From positions 608,001 through 672,000 of the forward strand of contig OY781092.1 in NCBI GenBank assembly GCA_963676615.1: 64,000 nt of DNA. Reading direction: 5' to 3'. Numbering within the stretch: position 1 is the stretch's first letter; each line of letters starts with the position of its first letter. Under the pieces are notes generated by a model. That model searched no databases, was not told where the DNA came from, and saw only the letters and a program-made list of their open reading frames with translations. The stretch comes from Candidatus Cloacimonadota bacterium. GTDB taxonomy: Bacteria > Cloacimonadota > Cloacimonadia > G963667145. Both the position numbers and the translations under genes were made by a program. Of the stretch, positions 56,250-64,000 are shown piece by piece.

Positions 56250-58013
56250 ATGAAATTTTTAAAAAAAATAAGAAAAATTTGTTTTTATTCGTTTTTAGCT
56301 GTGCTACTTTTTGTTTGTGCTCTCTATTTTGCACGCAATCTTATTTTAAGCTCTCTAATTGAAAAAGGAGCCGAAAGAGTTTTTTCAGCTAAAGCAGAAA
56401 TGATTGGCTGCGATTTGCAAATTTTTTCAGGCAAGCTGGTTTGGGGAGATTTTGCTGTTGCAGACAAAAACAAGCCGAAAGAAAATCTTTTTCAAACAGG
56501 TTATGTGGAGCTAGATTTTGCTTTATCTGCCCTACTAAAAGGGCAATTCGTTTGCACGAATATGGTTTTGGAAAAGCTTGAATTTGGCACAAAACGAGAA
56601 GTAAGCGGCGCTTTACCAGTAAAAGAGTCAAGCAAAAGTGAATCAAAAATTGGCAAGCTCGCAGTGGAATATTTGCAAAAACAGAAACAAGCTATTCCGA
56701 TTTTGACATATCAAAAAATGAATGTGGATTCTGTGCTGGCAAGCTGTCAGCTAATTACGCCAGGAAAAGTTGACTCTTTGCAAAAAGCGGCTAAGAAACT
56801 CGAAAATTCTTGGAAAGAGCTTTTGAAAGACGAAAAATATGCGGAAAAAGCTCGCGATATTCAAGAAAGGTTTAACGCTATCGATTTTGATGACCCAACC
56901 AAAGCTCTAAAGGAGCTAAGCCGTTTGTATAAAGCTGGCAACTCGCTTTATAATGATAGTCAGGAACAGCGGAAAGAGTTTAAGCGGCAGTTTAAGGTGC
57001 TGAAAGGCGCGAACTCTTTGGATGAGTGGGCGAAGCAAGATTATAACAAGGTGATGCAGGCGGTGAAGTTCCCCGATTCTCAAGGCTACAAAATGGGCGA
57101 GGTTCTTTTTGGGAAAACAGCTTACGACTTCATTTTGCGTATTATTGGCATATTGCAAGCTTCTCGGAGTTCATTGGATGCCGAAAAGCCAAAAGGTGAG
57201 CAAAAATTGCGATTTTGGCTGAAAGAGATGAAGTTCAACTCTAGGCTTGCGGACGGTTCATGGGTAAAAGGAGAAATTTCTAATCTTTCCAACGCTCCAA
57301 AAATTGTTGGGAAACCCATTAAATTTGATGTCAAGCTCGTAATTTCTAAAAATGAGAAGATAAATTTTGAGGGTGCTTTAGAGTATCAAAAAAATACTCC
57401 TGCAGAAGTCTTACAGGTTGATTTACAGTCGATTAGACTGCGAAACCTAAAGTTAAATCAAGATGCCCTTCCCCAAAAAATCGACTCTTGTTTATTGGAT
57501 GGCGAGATAAGCTTTTCTTCTGTTGGAGAAGATATTTCTCTTGAGAGTAGCTTTGAGTTAAGTAAAATTGTTTACTCCTATAAATACGAAAAAAAAGTAT
57601 CTAAACAGATGAAAGAGATAGCAAGGTTGGTGGGCAACTCTGCAAGCTCTGCTTGGTTTAAAGTCGATTTTGCTAGCAATAAATCTGGGGTGAAAACTTC
57701 GGTCAAAAGTAGCTTAGATGAGATTGTAAAAAAAGCTTTGTATAGTAAATTTTCTTCTGAAAAAGATGAGCTGCAAGCTAAATTGAGAAAAAAAATAAAC
57801 GCTGGGAAATATCAAAAAGAGCTTGATATGTTGTTTAAAGCAATTGATCAAGATGTCGCTTCTATCTTATTGGACAAAAGTCCAATAAGTGAAGAGCAAA
57901 AAAACAAAAAGAAAGATGTTTCGAGCAATCTAGTCAAACAAGGAAAAAAGATTTTGGAAGATAGCGATTTGAAAAATAAAGCCAAAGATTTAATTAAAGG
58001 ATTGAAATTTTGA
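56250..58013 (+). CDS. TIGR03545-like membrane-anchored protein (AsmA-like)
   Basis: N-terminal TM helix; AVADKNKPKENLFQ, LEFGTKREVSGAL; long helical middle; beta-rich C-half. Confidence 0.65.
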   Translation: MKFLKKIRKICFYSFLAVLLFVCALYFARNLILSSLIEKGAERVFSAKAEMIGCDLQIFSGKLVWGDFAVADKNKPKENLFQTGYVELDFALSALLKGQFVCTNMVLEKLEFGTKREVSGALPVKESSKSESKIGKLAVEYLQKQKQAIPILTYQKMNVDSVLASCQLITPGKVDSLQKAAKKLENSWKELLKDEKYAEKARDIQERFNAIDFDDPTKALKELSRLYKAGNSLYNDSQEQRKEFKRQFKVLKGANSLDEWAKQDYNKVMQAVKFPDSQGYKMGEVLFGKTAYDFILRIIGILQASRSSLDAEKPKGEQKLRFWLKEMKFNSRLADGSWVKGEISNLSNAPKIVGKPIKFDVKLVISKNEKINFEGALEYQKNTPAEVLQVDLQSIRLRNLKLNQDALPQKIDSCLLDGEISFSSVGEDISLESSFELSKIVYSYKYEKKVSKQMKEIARLVGNSASSAWFKVDFASNKSGVKTSVKSSLDEIVKKALYSKFSSEKDELQAKLRKKINAGKYQKELDMLFKAIDQDVASILLDKSPISEEQKNKKKDVSSNLVKQGKKILEDSDLKNKAKDLIKGLKF

Positions 58014-58933
58014 GAAAAATTTTTGTTGTTTTTTTGCTTTGCTTTGGTTGGTTGTTTTCTAGTGAAATCGATTATTTGACGGGCTCTCTGCAGGATGAGT
58101 CCACACCATTTTGGCAATCTTTACAAAAAAAAGAGGTGCAAAGCGATTTGAACGCTTATTTGTCTTTGGCTAATACATATTTTAACTTGGGGCACTACTA
58201 TTCGGCGCGGAAATATTACCGTTTATTTTTTAAAAGTAAAAGCGGAAAAAATCAAAAGGCAGAGTTTAATCTGGCGTTGTGTAATTTTTACATTTCAGGA
58301 AGCAAAAATAAGCTGAGATTTATTTCACGATTTGTCAAAAATCACCCCAATAATTATCTTGTTAAGTATCTGATTTTGGAAGAAGGTAAGTATTTTTTGA
58401 GTCAAGGAAATTTTTGGAAAGCTTGTGATATTTTGGACAAAAGTTTCCCTGGTTTCCCCTATTTGAACTATTTTCGAGCGGTTGGTTTTCAAAAATTGGG
58501 CAAATTTTCGAGCAGTGCGTATCTTTTTGGCTTGGTGCTAAAAAACGCAAAAACGCCAGAGAGTTTGGCGGACAAAGCGACAAAGTTTTACATTCAAAAT
58601 ATTTCGAAGCTGCCGTGGCAGAGGATTACCTCTCGCACGAGCAAGGTGATAATGTTTATGCCGCAAGGGAAAAATAAGGTTGGGCTGCTTCTGTTTTTGG
58701 CAAAAATTTACGACGAAAATTGTCTCTATGCGCAATCGAACGACATTTATTACGACTTGATAAATTCCGAAAAAATGAGCGAACTTTACAAATTTACCAT
58801 CAACAATAATGTGGAAATGAAGAACTACAAAAAAGCTCTGCAAGATATCGATGTTTATCTGCAATCGATTGATTCGCCAGAAGTTAGGGAAGAAATTCTG
58901 AAGATAAAAACGCAAATTGAGGCGATAAAATAG
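58010..58933 (+). CDS. Exported TPR-like protein
   Basis: Signal peptide; TPR-like helices (AYLSLANTYFNLGHYYSARKYY, AEFNLALC). Confidence 0.7.
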   Translation: MRKIFVVFLLCFGWLFSSEIDYLTGSLQDESTPFWQSLQKKEVQSDLNAYLSLANTYFNLGHYYSARKYYRLFFKSKSGKNQKAEFNLALCNFYISGSKNKLRFISRFVKNHPNNYLVKYLILEEGKYFLSQGNFWKACDILDKSFPGFPYLNYFRAVGFQKLGKFSSSAYLFGLVLKNAKTPESLADKATKFYIQNISKLPWQRITSRTSKVIMFMPQGKNKVGLLLFLAKIYDENCLYAQSNDIYYDLINSEKMSELYKFTINNNVEMKNYKKALQDIDVYLQSIDSPEVREEILKIKTQIEAIK

Positions 58934-58934
58934 A

Positions 58935-60644
58935 GTGAACGACATTTACACAAAAGTGCTGGATCGCGTTGATATTGTTGATGTTATCGGCAGGTATGTT
59001 CCCCTAAAAAAAAACGGCGCGAACTACAAAGCGTGTTGTCCGTTTCATCAGGAAAATACGCCATCTTTTGTCGTCAGTCAGACGAAGCAAATTTTTAAGT
59101 GCTTTGGGTGTGGCATCGCAGGCAACGCCGTGAGTTTTGTAAAGGAGTACGAAAAAATTTCCTACTACGAGGCGGCGCTGAAGCTCGCCAGCCAATACGG
59201 CATTCAGATCAAGGTGAACCAAAAGGCGGCACGCCAAAAAGATTCCAAAACCAGTTTGATTTTGCAGGTTTATTCGCTCACCAAAGATTTTTATCGAGAA
59301 AATTTGGGATTGCACGGCAAAAAAGCGCTGGAATATCTAGAGGGTCGCTCTTTGTCGCCCAACACGATCAAAACTTTTGAGCTGGGCTACTCTTTAAACT
59401 CGCGCACCGCTCTGTATAACTATTTGCGCAAAAATAACATAAACAAAGATATTCTTCTGGAATCGGGCATCGTCAAATCCAGCCAAAAGGGCTACTACGA
59501 CCTTTTTTCAGACAGAATCGTCTTCCCCATTATCTCGTCAAATGGTATGACAGTCGCTTTTGGAGCGCGTTCGATGGACGGCAAAATGCCAAAATACATC
59601 AACTCGCCGACGACCGCCGTGTATCAAAAAAGCAAAGAGCTTTACGGCTTTCATACCACCAAACACGAAATCGCTCGGGCGGACAAGGTGATTGTTTGCG
59701 AAGGGTATCTGGATTTTTTGCGGCTCTACGAATGCGGCTATCATCACGCTGTTGCGTCGCTTGGGACATCTTTGACCGACGAACAGGTAAATCTGCTGCG
59801 CAGATATTGCAAAAATTTTTACATCGTTTACGACGGAGACGAAGCGGGAAAAAAGGCGGCACTGCGTGCTGCGGCGAAGATTATCGCTCAAAATGGCGAG
59901 GTGAAAATTGTGAGCTTGCCCCAAAGCGAAGATCCCGACAGTTTTTTGCTGCAAAACGGAAACGAAAAATTTGACGAAATTTTGGAGAAATCACCGTCGT
60001 ATTTGCAATATCTAAAGGAAAATATGGATTTGAGCCAAGCTATGCAAACTTTGGTGGAAGTCGCCTCTTCGATCACAAATCGTCTGGATCGGTTTGTGTT
60101 TACCCGAAAAGTCGCCGAAAATTTTGGAGTGGAAGAGTCCGTTTTTGCCTCACAATTAAAGCAAAAAAGGAGTTATCCTTCGGCAGAACAAAAAGAGAAA
60201 AAAAAAGTTCCAGATTCTGGCTTGGAGGAGCAGCTGTTGCTTGCGGCGATGTTGTCGAACAAACAGGCGATCGAGCTCGCTGCCAGTTCGCTGGCTCTCG
60301 ACGATTTTGTTGTTGAGGAGTATAAAGAGATTTTTGCAGAGCTAAAAGATGCCGCGGCTCAGAGCGAGGTGAATTTTAACGCACTTGCTTGCGAGAGCAA
60401 ATTTCCAGATTTCTTTAACGAGCTGATTTTTCGGGCAAAAAATAGCGAAAATGTAGATGTGAAGCAGATTTTGCAAGGGTTTAAGATTAAGCAAAAAATG
60501 AAGGAGTTTCAAGAGCTGGATCAAAAGCTGGCAGAGCTTTTGTCTAAAGGGGCGCAGCAAGAAGAGTTGCGCGAGATTTTTGAGCAAAAAAAAATAGCCA
60601 AAAAAGAGTTGATAGAACTTGGCTACACGAAAACTAAGGTCTAA
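58935..60644 (+). CDS. dnaG: DNA primase
   Basis: CPFHQENTPSF...CFGC zinc finger, FGAR, KYINSP, EGYLD, YDGDEAG, DPD. Confidence 0.97.
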   Translation: MNDIYTKVLDRVDIVDVIGRYVPLKKNGANYKACCPFHQENTPSFVVSQTKQIFKCFGCGIAGNAVSFVKEYEKISYYEAALKLASQYGIQIKVNQKAARQKDSKTSLILQVYSLTKDFYRENLGLHGKKALEYLEGRSLSPNTIKTFELGYSLNSRTALYNYLRKNNINKDILLESGIVKSSQKGYYDLFSDRIVFPIISSNGMTVAFGARSMDGKMPKYINSPTTAVYQKSKELYGFHTTKHEIARADKVIVCEGYLDFLRLYECGYHHAVASLGTSLTDEQVNLLRRYCKNFYIVYDGDEAGKKAALRAAAKIIAQNGEVKIVSLPQSEDPDSFLLQNGNEKFDEILEKSPSYLQYLKENMDLSQAMQTLVEVASSITNRLDRFVFTRKVAENFGVEESVFASQLKQKRSYPSAEQKEKKKVPDSGLEEQLLLAAMLSNKQAIELAASSLALDDFVVEEYKEIFAELKDAAAQSEVNFNALACESKFPDFFNELIFRAKNSENVDVKQILQGFKIKQKMKEFQELDQKLAELLSKGAQQEELREIFEQKKIAKKELIELGYTKTKV

Positions 60645-60665
60645 AAAAGAGAAGTTGAAAAGTTT

Positions 60666-61322
60666 ATGAAAAAAGTTGTGATCGTCGTGGGAGCTTACGG
60701 CAGCGGGAAAAGCGAGTACTCGGCAAATTTGGCTCTGCGTGATAAAATGGCGACGATAATCGATATGGACATTATGAATCCGTATTTTCGCACCAGAGAG
60801 CTCACGGAAATTTTTGCTGAGCGCGGTATTGAGATTATCGCTCCTGAAGGCTCTTTTCGCTATACGGAATTGCCGATGCTTTCTCCAAAAATTATGGCGT
60901 GTCTAGAGGACGAAAATAGAAGCGTGGTTATCGATGTAGGCGGCGACCCAACGGGAATGAAGGTGTTTGGGCGCTACAAAAAAATACTCTGCCAAAGAGG
61001 CTACGATTTGCGCTTGGTGATAAACACCAAAAGGCCGCAGACCAGCACTAAGTCCGAAATTTTGCAACTTTTTGACGAGTTTGAACAAACCTCGGGAATG
61101 AAAATCACCACTCTTGTATCGAACGCAAATTTGATGGAGTTTACCGACGCAGAGGTTGTGAAACAAGGCGTGCGGATTATCAATGAAGTCGCAAAAGAGA
61201 AAAAAGTCGATTTCGACGATTTTTGTATCCTAGAAAAAAACGACGACAAAATTCCAGCGCAAATAGATGGCAAAAAAAAGTTTGTGATGAACTATTTTTT
61301 GCGCAAACCTTGGGAAATATGA
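60666..61322 (+). CDS. P-loop NTPase (MinD/CobQ-like ATP-binding protein)
   Basis: GAYGSGKSE, DMDIMNPYFRTRE, IDVGGDPTG, NTKRPQT. Confidence 0.8.
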   Translation: MKKVVIVVGAYGSGKSEYSANLALRDKMATIIDMDIMNPYFRTRELTEIFAERGIEIIAPEGSFRYTELPMLSPKIMACLEDENRSVVIDVGGDPTGMKVFGRYKKILCQRGYDLRLVINTKRPQTSTKSEILQLFDEFEQTSGMKITTLVSNANLMEFTDAEVVKQGVRIINEVAKEKKVDFDDFCILEKNDDKIPAQIDGKKKFVMNYFLRKPWEI

Positions 61323-62509
61323 GTCTACCGTTTTTCTTGGCATTGCGCTATCTAAAAGGACGCAACAAGTTTTTTTTTAACTTTTGGTCGGCTTTCAGCG
61401 TGCTGGGCATTTTTTTTGGCGTCTTCTCCATTTTGGTTGCTTCTTCTTTTATGGACGGACTAAAACAGGTGATGATGGACGAACTTTTGCAAAAAAGAGC
61501 CCACATTATTATCAAATCTAGTGACGGCAAATTTGGCGAAGATGCAATAAAAACGCTTGAAGAAACCAGCGAAATTGCCAGCTTTTCGCCTGTTATCTAC
61601 ACTCAGGGGCTACTAAAATTTGGGCAAAAATCGCAAGGCGTTTTGGTGTGCGGAATAGATTTGCAGCAGCAGAAAGAAATTTTGCCGTTCCTCAAAGGTG
61701 TCTCGGCTCGTGATTTGAGTGATCAACAGCTTGTTTTGAGCAAAACTTTAGCGCGAGATTTGGATGTTTTGGAGCAAGATTTGGTCAATCTGTATTCGAC
61801 TCAAAACACGCAAAAAACAGCTTTTGGGCGAGTGCCAGTTGCAGCAAGGCTTAAGGTCGCTTCTAGCTATCTTGCCGACGGTCAAATTTTAGCGGACAAT
61901 CTGGTTTATGTAAGTTTGGCGTCGGCAAAAAAAATCGCAGGGCAAACAGCTAATTCACAGCTGGAATTGCATTTACAAAACGCTTACGATGTTAAAAAAG
62001 TGGTGAAAACTTTGCGTCAAAATTTGGGAGAAAAATACAAAATAACGGGCTGGAACGAAGAAGATAAGGCGATTTACGACTCACTAAAAATCGAGGCAAT
62101 AGCGCTTAACTTCGTTCTTTTTTTGATTATTATTTTGGCAATTTTTAATATGAGCGGCAACTTTTTGCGCCTTGCAAACGAAAAAAGCGGCGAAATTGGC
62201 GTGTTAAAATCTATGGGGATCAGGCAAAATCAGATTATGAAAATCTTCATCTATTGTGGACTGTGCATCGCTGGTTTGGGCGCTGGCTCTGGAGTCGTTA
62301 TTGCTTATGCGTTTGTGTTTTTTCAAGCCAAATATCGGTGGCTGACTGTTCCTGTGCAAGGTCTTGGTTTCGATTATCTGCCTGTGAAAATATTTTATTC
62401 TAGCGGTTTTTACATTTTCGCTTTGGTCTTGCTCGTCAGTTTGATTTTTAGCTATTATCCTTGTCGGCGATTGCAAAGCATCGACCCAATCAAGGTGATT
62501 AAGGAGTAA
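61319..62509 (+). CDS. Lipoprotein-releasing ABC transporter permease LolC/E family
   Basis: ALRYLK, TM helix then MDG, IILAIFN, EIGVLKSMG, YYPCRR..IDP. ATG at 61319 overlaps the upstream stop. Confidence 0.9.
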   Translation: MSLPFFLALRYLKGRNKFFFNFWSAFSVLGIFFGVFSILVASSFMDGLKQVMMDELLQKRAHIIIKSSDGKFGEDAIKTLEETSEIASFSPVIYTQGLLKFGQKSQGVLVCGIDLQQQKEILPFLKGVSARDLSDQQLVLSKTLARDLDVLEQDLVNLYSTQNTQKTAFGRVPVAARLKVASSYLADGQILADNLVYVSLASAKKIAGQTANSQLELHLQNAYDVKKVVKTLRQNLGEKYKITGWNEEDKAIYDSLKIEAIALNFVLFLIIILAIFNMSGNFLRLANEKSGEIGVLKSMGIRQNQIMKIFIYCGLCIAGLGAGSGVVIAYAFVFFQAKYRWLTVPVQGLGFDYLPVKIFYSSGFYIFALVLLVSLIFSYYPCRRLQSIDPIKVIKE

Positions 62510-62514
62510 TAAAA

Positions 62515-63477
62515 ATGAAATTTTTGAAAACGAAGCTGCTTTTGGCTCTTTTGACCATTTTGGTGATAGCCTCGCTGTGGGTGCCAGATTTGCAAAAGCA
62601 CCGCATAAAGTATGTGCAAAGGGATTCTGGCGAGATGAAGACGGAAAAAGTGGTTGGTGAAAAATGGCTGGTTTGGCTCTATAACAACCCTTTGGGCAGG
62701 CTCAGCACTTGGGCGCTGGTTAAGCGAAAATTTGTTTCCAGCTGGTATGGCAAGATGATGGACAACCCGAAATCGAAAGAGAAAATCGCGCCTTTTATCA
62801 GCGACTACAATATCGATATGACTCTTTTTAAGGAAGAAGATTTTGCCAATTTTAACGAATTTTTTGTTCGTAAAATCAAGCCAGCGGCAAGGCCGATTGC
62901 AAAAGGCTCTGAAGTGGTTATCTCTCCGGCAGACGGCAAAGTTTTGGCTTGGCAAAATTTGAGCGAGCAAAATTTTTTGGTGAAAGGCTACAGCTTTAGT
63001 TTGGCGAGTTATTTGCAGGATAAGCAGTTGGCTGAGAAATTTGCTGGCGGCTCGCTGCTGATTTTTCGGCTCTGCCCTACCGATTATCACCGCTATCACT
63101 TTCCTGTGTCGGGCGTTATCAAAAAATCGAAAAAAATTGACGGCGATTACTACTCGGTTTCGCCTATCGCAATCAAAAAAATCGTTGAACTTTTTTGCCT
63201 GAATAAAAGGGAATATACGCTCATAAAAACGCAAGATTTTGGCGAAGTTTTGATGAGCGAGATAGGCGCGACGATGGTTGGAAGCATGGTGTCCACCTAT
63301 CCTGATGCGAGCGTTGACAAGGGCGAAGAGAAAGGTTATTTTAAATTCGGCGGTTCGTCCGTCCTGCTTTTGTTCGAAAAAGATGAAATTATGATTGACA
63401 AAGATTTGGTCGAAAACACAAAAAAAGGACTGGAAACGGAAGTAAAAATGGGCGAAAAAATTGCGATTTCGAAATAG
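62515..63477 (+). CDS. psd: Phosphatidylserine decarboxylase proenzyme
   Basis: FNEFFVRKIK..ARPI, SPADG, RLCPTDYHRYHFP, YSVSP, NKR, FKFGGSSV self-cleavage motif. Confidence 0.95.
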   Translation: MKFLKTKLLLALLTILVIASLWVPDLQKHRIKYVQRDSGEMKTEKVVGEKWLVWLYNNPLGRLSTWALVKRKFVSSWYGKMMDNPKSKEKIAPFISDYNIDMTLFKEEDFANFNEFFVRKIKPAARPIAKGSEVVISPADGKVLAWQNLSEQNFLVKGYSFSLASYLQDKQLAEKFAGGSLLIFRLCPTDYHRYHFPVSGVIKKSKKIDGDYYSVSPIAIKKIVELFCLNKREYTLIKTQDFGEVLMSEIGATMVGSMVSTYPDASVDKGEEKGYFKFGGSSVLLLFEKDEIMIDKDLVENTKKGLETEVKMGEKIAISK

Positions 63478-63485
63478 GAGAAAAA

Positions 63486-64000
63486 ATGAATTTTGATCAA
63501 TATACACAACAAAATAAATTTTACGGAAAAAGTTCTGCCGTGGAACTGGTGGAAAAATATGGCTCGCCGCTGTATGTTTACAACGAAAATATCTTGCAAC
63601 AGCGTTGTCGAGAGATGCTCAATCTCATCAGGTATCCGAAATTTAAGGTGCATTATTCTGTTAAAGCGAACTCAAATTTGGAGCTTTTGAAAATCGTTCG
63701 ACAAGAGGGGCTTTTTGTGGATGCGATGTCCCCTGGCGAGATGTTTGTGGAGCTGAAAGCTGGCTTTAGCCCAGAGCAAATTTTGTTTATTTGCAACAAT
63801 GTTTCTGCACAGGAGATGAAATATGCGATTGACAAAAAAATCAATGTTAGCGTGGATTCTCTCTCGCAATTGGATCTTTACGGCTCGCTAAATCCAGGCG
63901 GCGATGTTTTTGTGCGGATAAATCCAGGCATTGGTGTCGGTCACAGCGAAAATGTTATCACAGGCGGCAAAAAGACGAAATTTGGCATCGAGATGAAATC
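63486..64000 (+). CDS. lysA: Diaminopimelate decarboxylase (3' end runs off the window)
   Basis: Manual translation: MNFDQY...KYGSPLYVYNE...HYSVKANSN...DAMSPGE...SVDSLSQL...RINPGIGVGH..VITGGKKTKFGI. Confidence 0.93.
   Translation, partial: MNFDQYTQQNKFYGKSSAVELVEKYGSPLYVYNENILQQRCREMLNLIRYPKFKVHYSVKANSNLELLKIVRQEGLFVDAMSPGEMFVELKAGFSPEQILFICNNVSAQEMKYAIDKKINVSVDSLSQLDLYGSLNPGGDVFVRINPGIGVGHSENVITGGKKTKFGIEMK

Noticed and set aside
62455..63507. 350-aa antisense ORF over psd
   Set aside because: Mirror frame of a real gene; its Phe-rich composition reflects the Lys/Glu codons of psd.

Overview
Gene-dense, AT-rich bacterial chromosome segment made up almost entirely of housekeeping genes, mostly on the + strand. 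The gene set looks diderm and anaerobic (LolC/E, lipoproteins, PASTA-bearing FtsI, a bifurcating-type NuoF/HydB, archaeal-type ProRS); an FCB-group lineage such as Cloacimonadota is my inference and is unverified. In order: modA(partial)-modE / moeA; two lipoproteins sharing an unnamed domain, one with LRRs; nif3, SpoVG-like, GlmU-like, PSP1/RicT and ABC-F genes; an M28 peptidase; mfd; a minus-strand run of dapF, GT2, radical SAM, rel, PASTA protein and Xaa-Pro peptidase; thrC-like, lepB, proS, nuoF/hydB, trmL, murA; a low-GC islet; an 8-oxoguanine deaminase-like amidohydrolase; a dcw cluster from mraZ to murG with a MurE-MurF fusion; uridine kinase, nusB, an orphan PTS IIC, glyQ, PBP1A, PIN-PhoH, alr; a dif-like site; yicC, rnr, TIGR03545-like, TPR, dnaG, a P-loop protein, lolC/E, psd and lysA(partial). 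I found no tRNA, rRNA, CRISPR array, transposase or phage gene. The most interesting observations are: (1) a leader with a (CAGCAGT)n repeat inside a short ORF, followed by a 17-bp terminator just before a surface lipoprotein gene, which could be a repeat-number-controlled attenuator; (2) a near-canonical XerCD dif site at 53224-53251 overlapped by an extra palindrome; (3) a divergent MraZ paired with non-canonical 10-bp-period NTCA boxes; (4) a GT2 plus radical SAM/SPASM pair embedded in the dapF-rel operon. All functional calls come from motif recognition by eye, not database searches.
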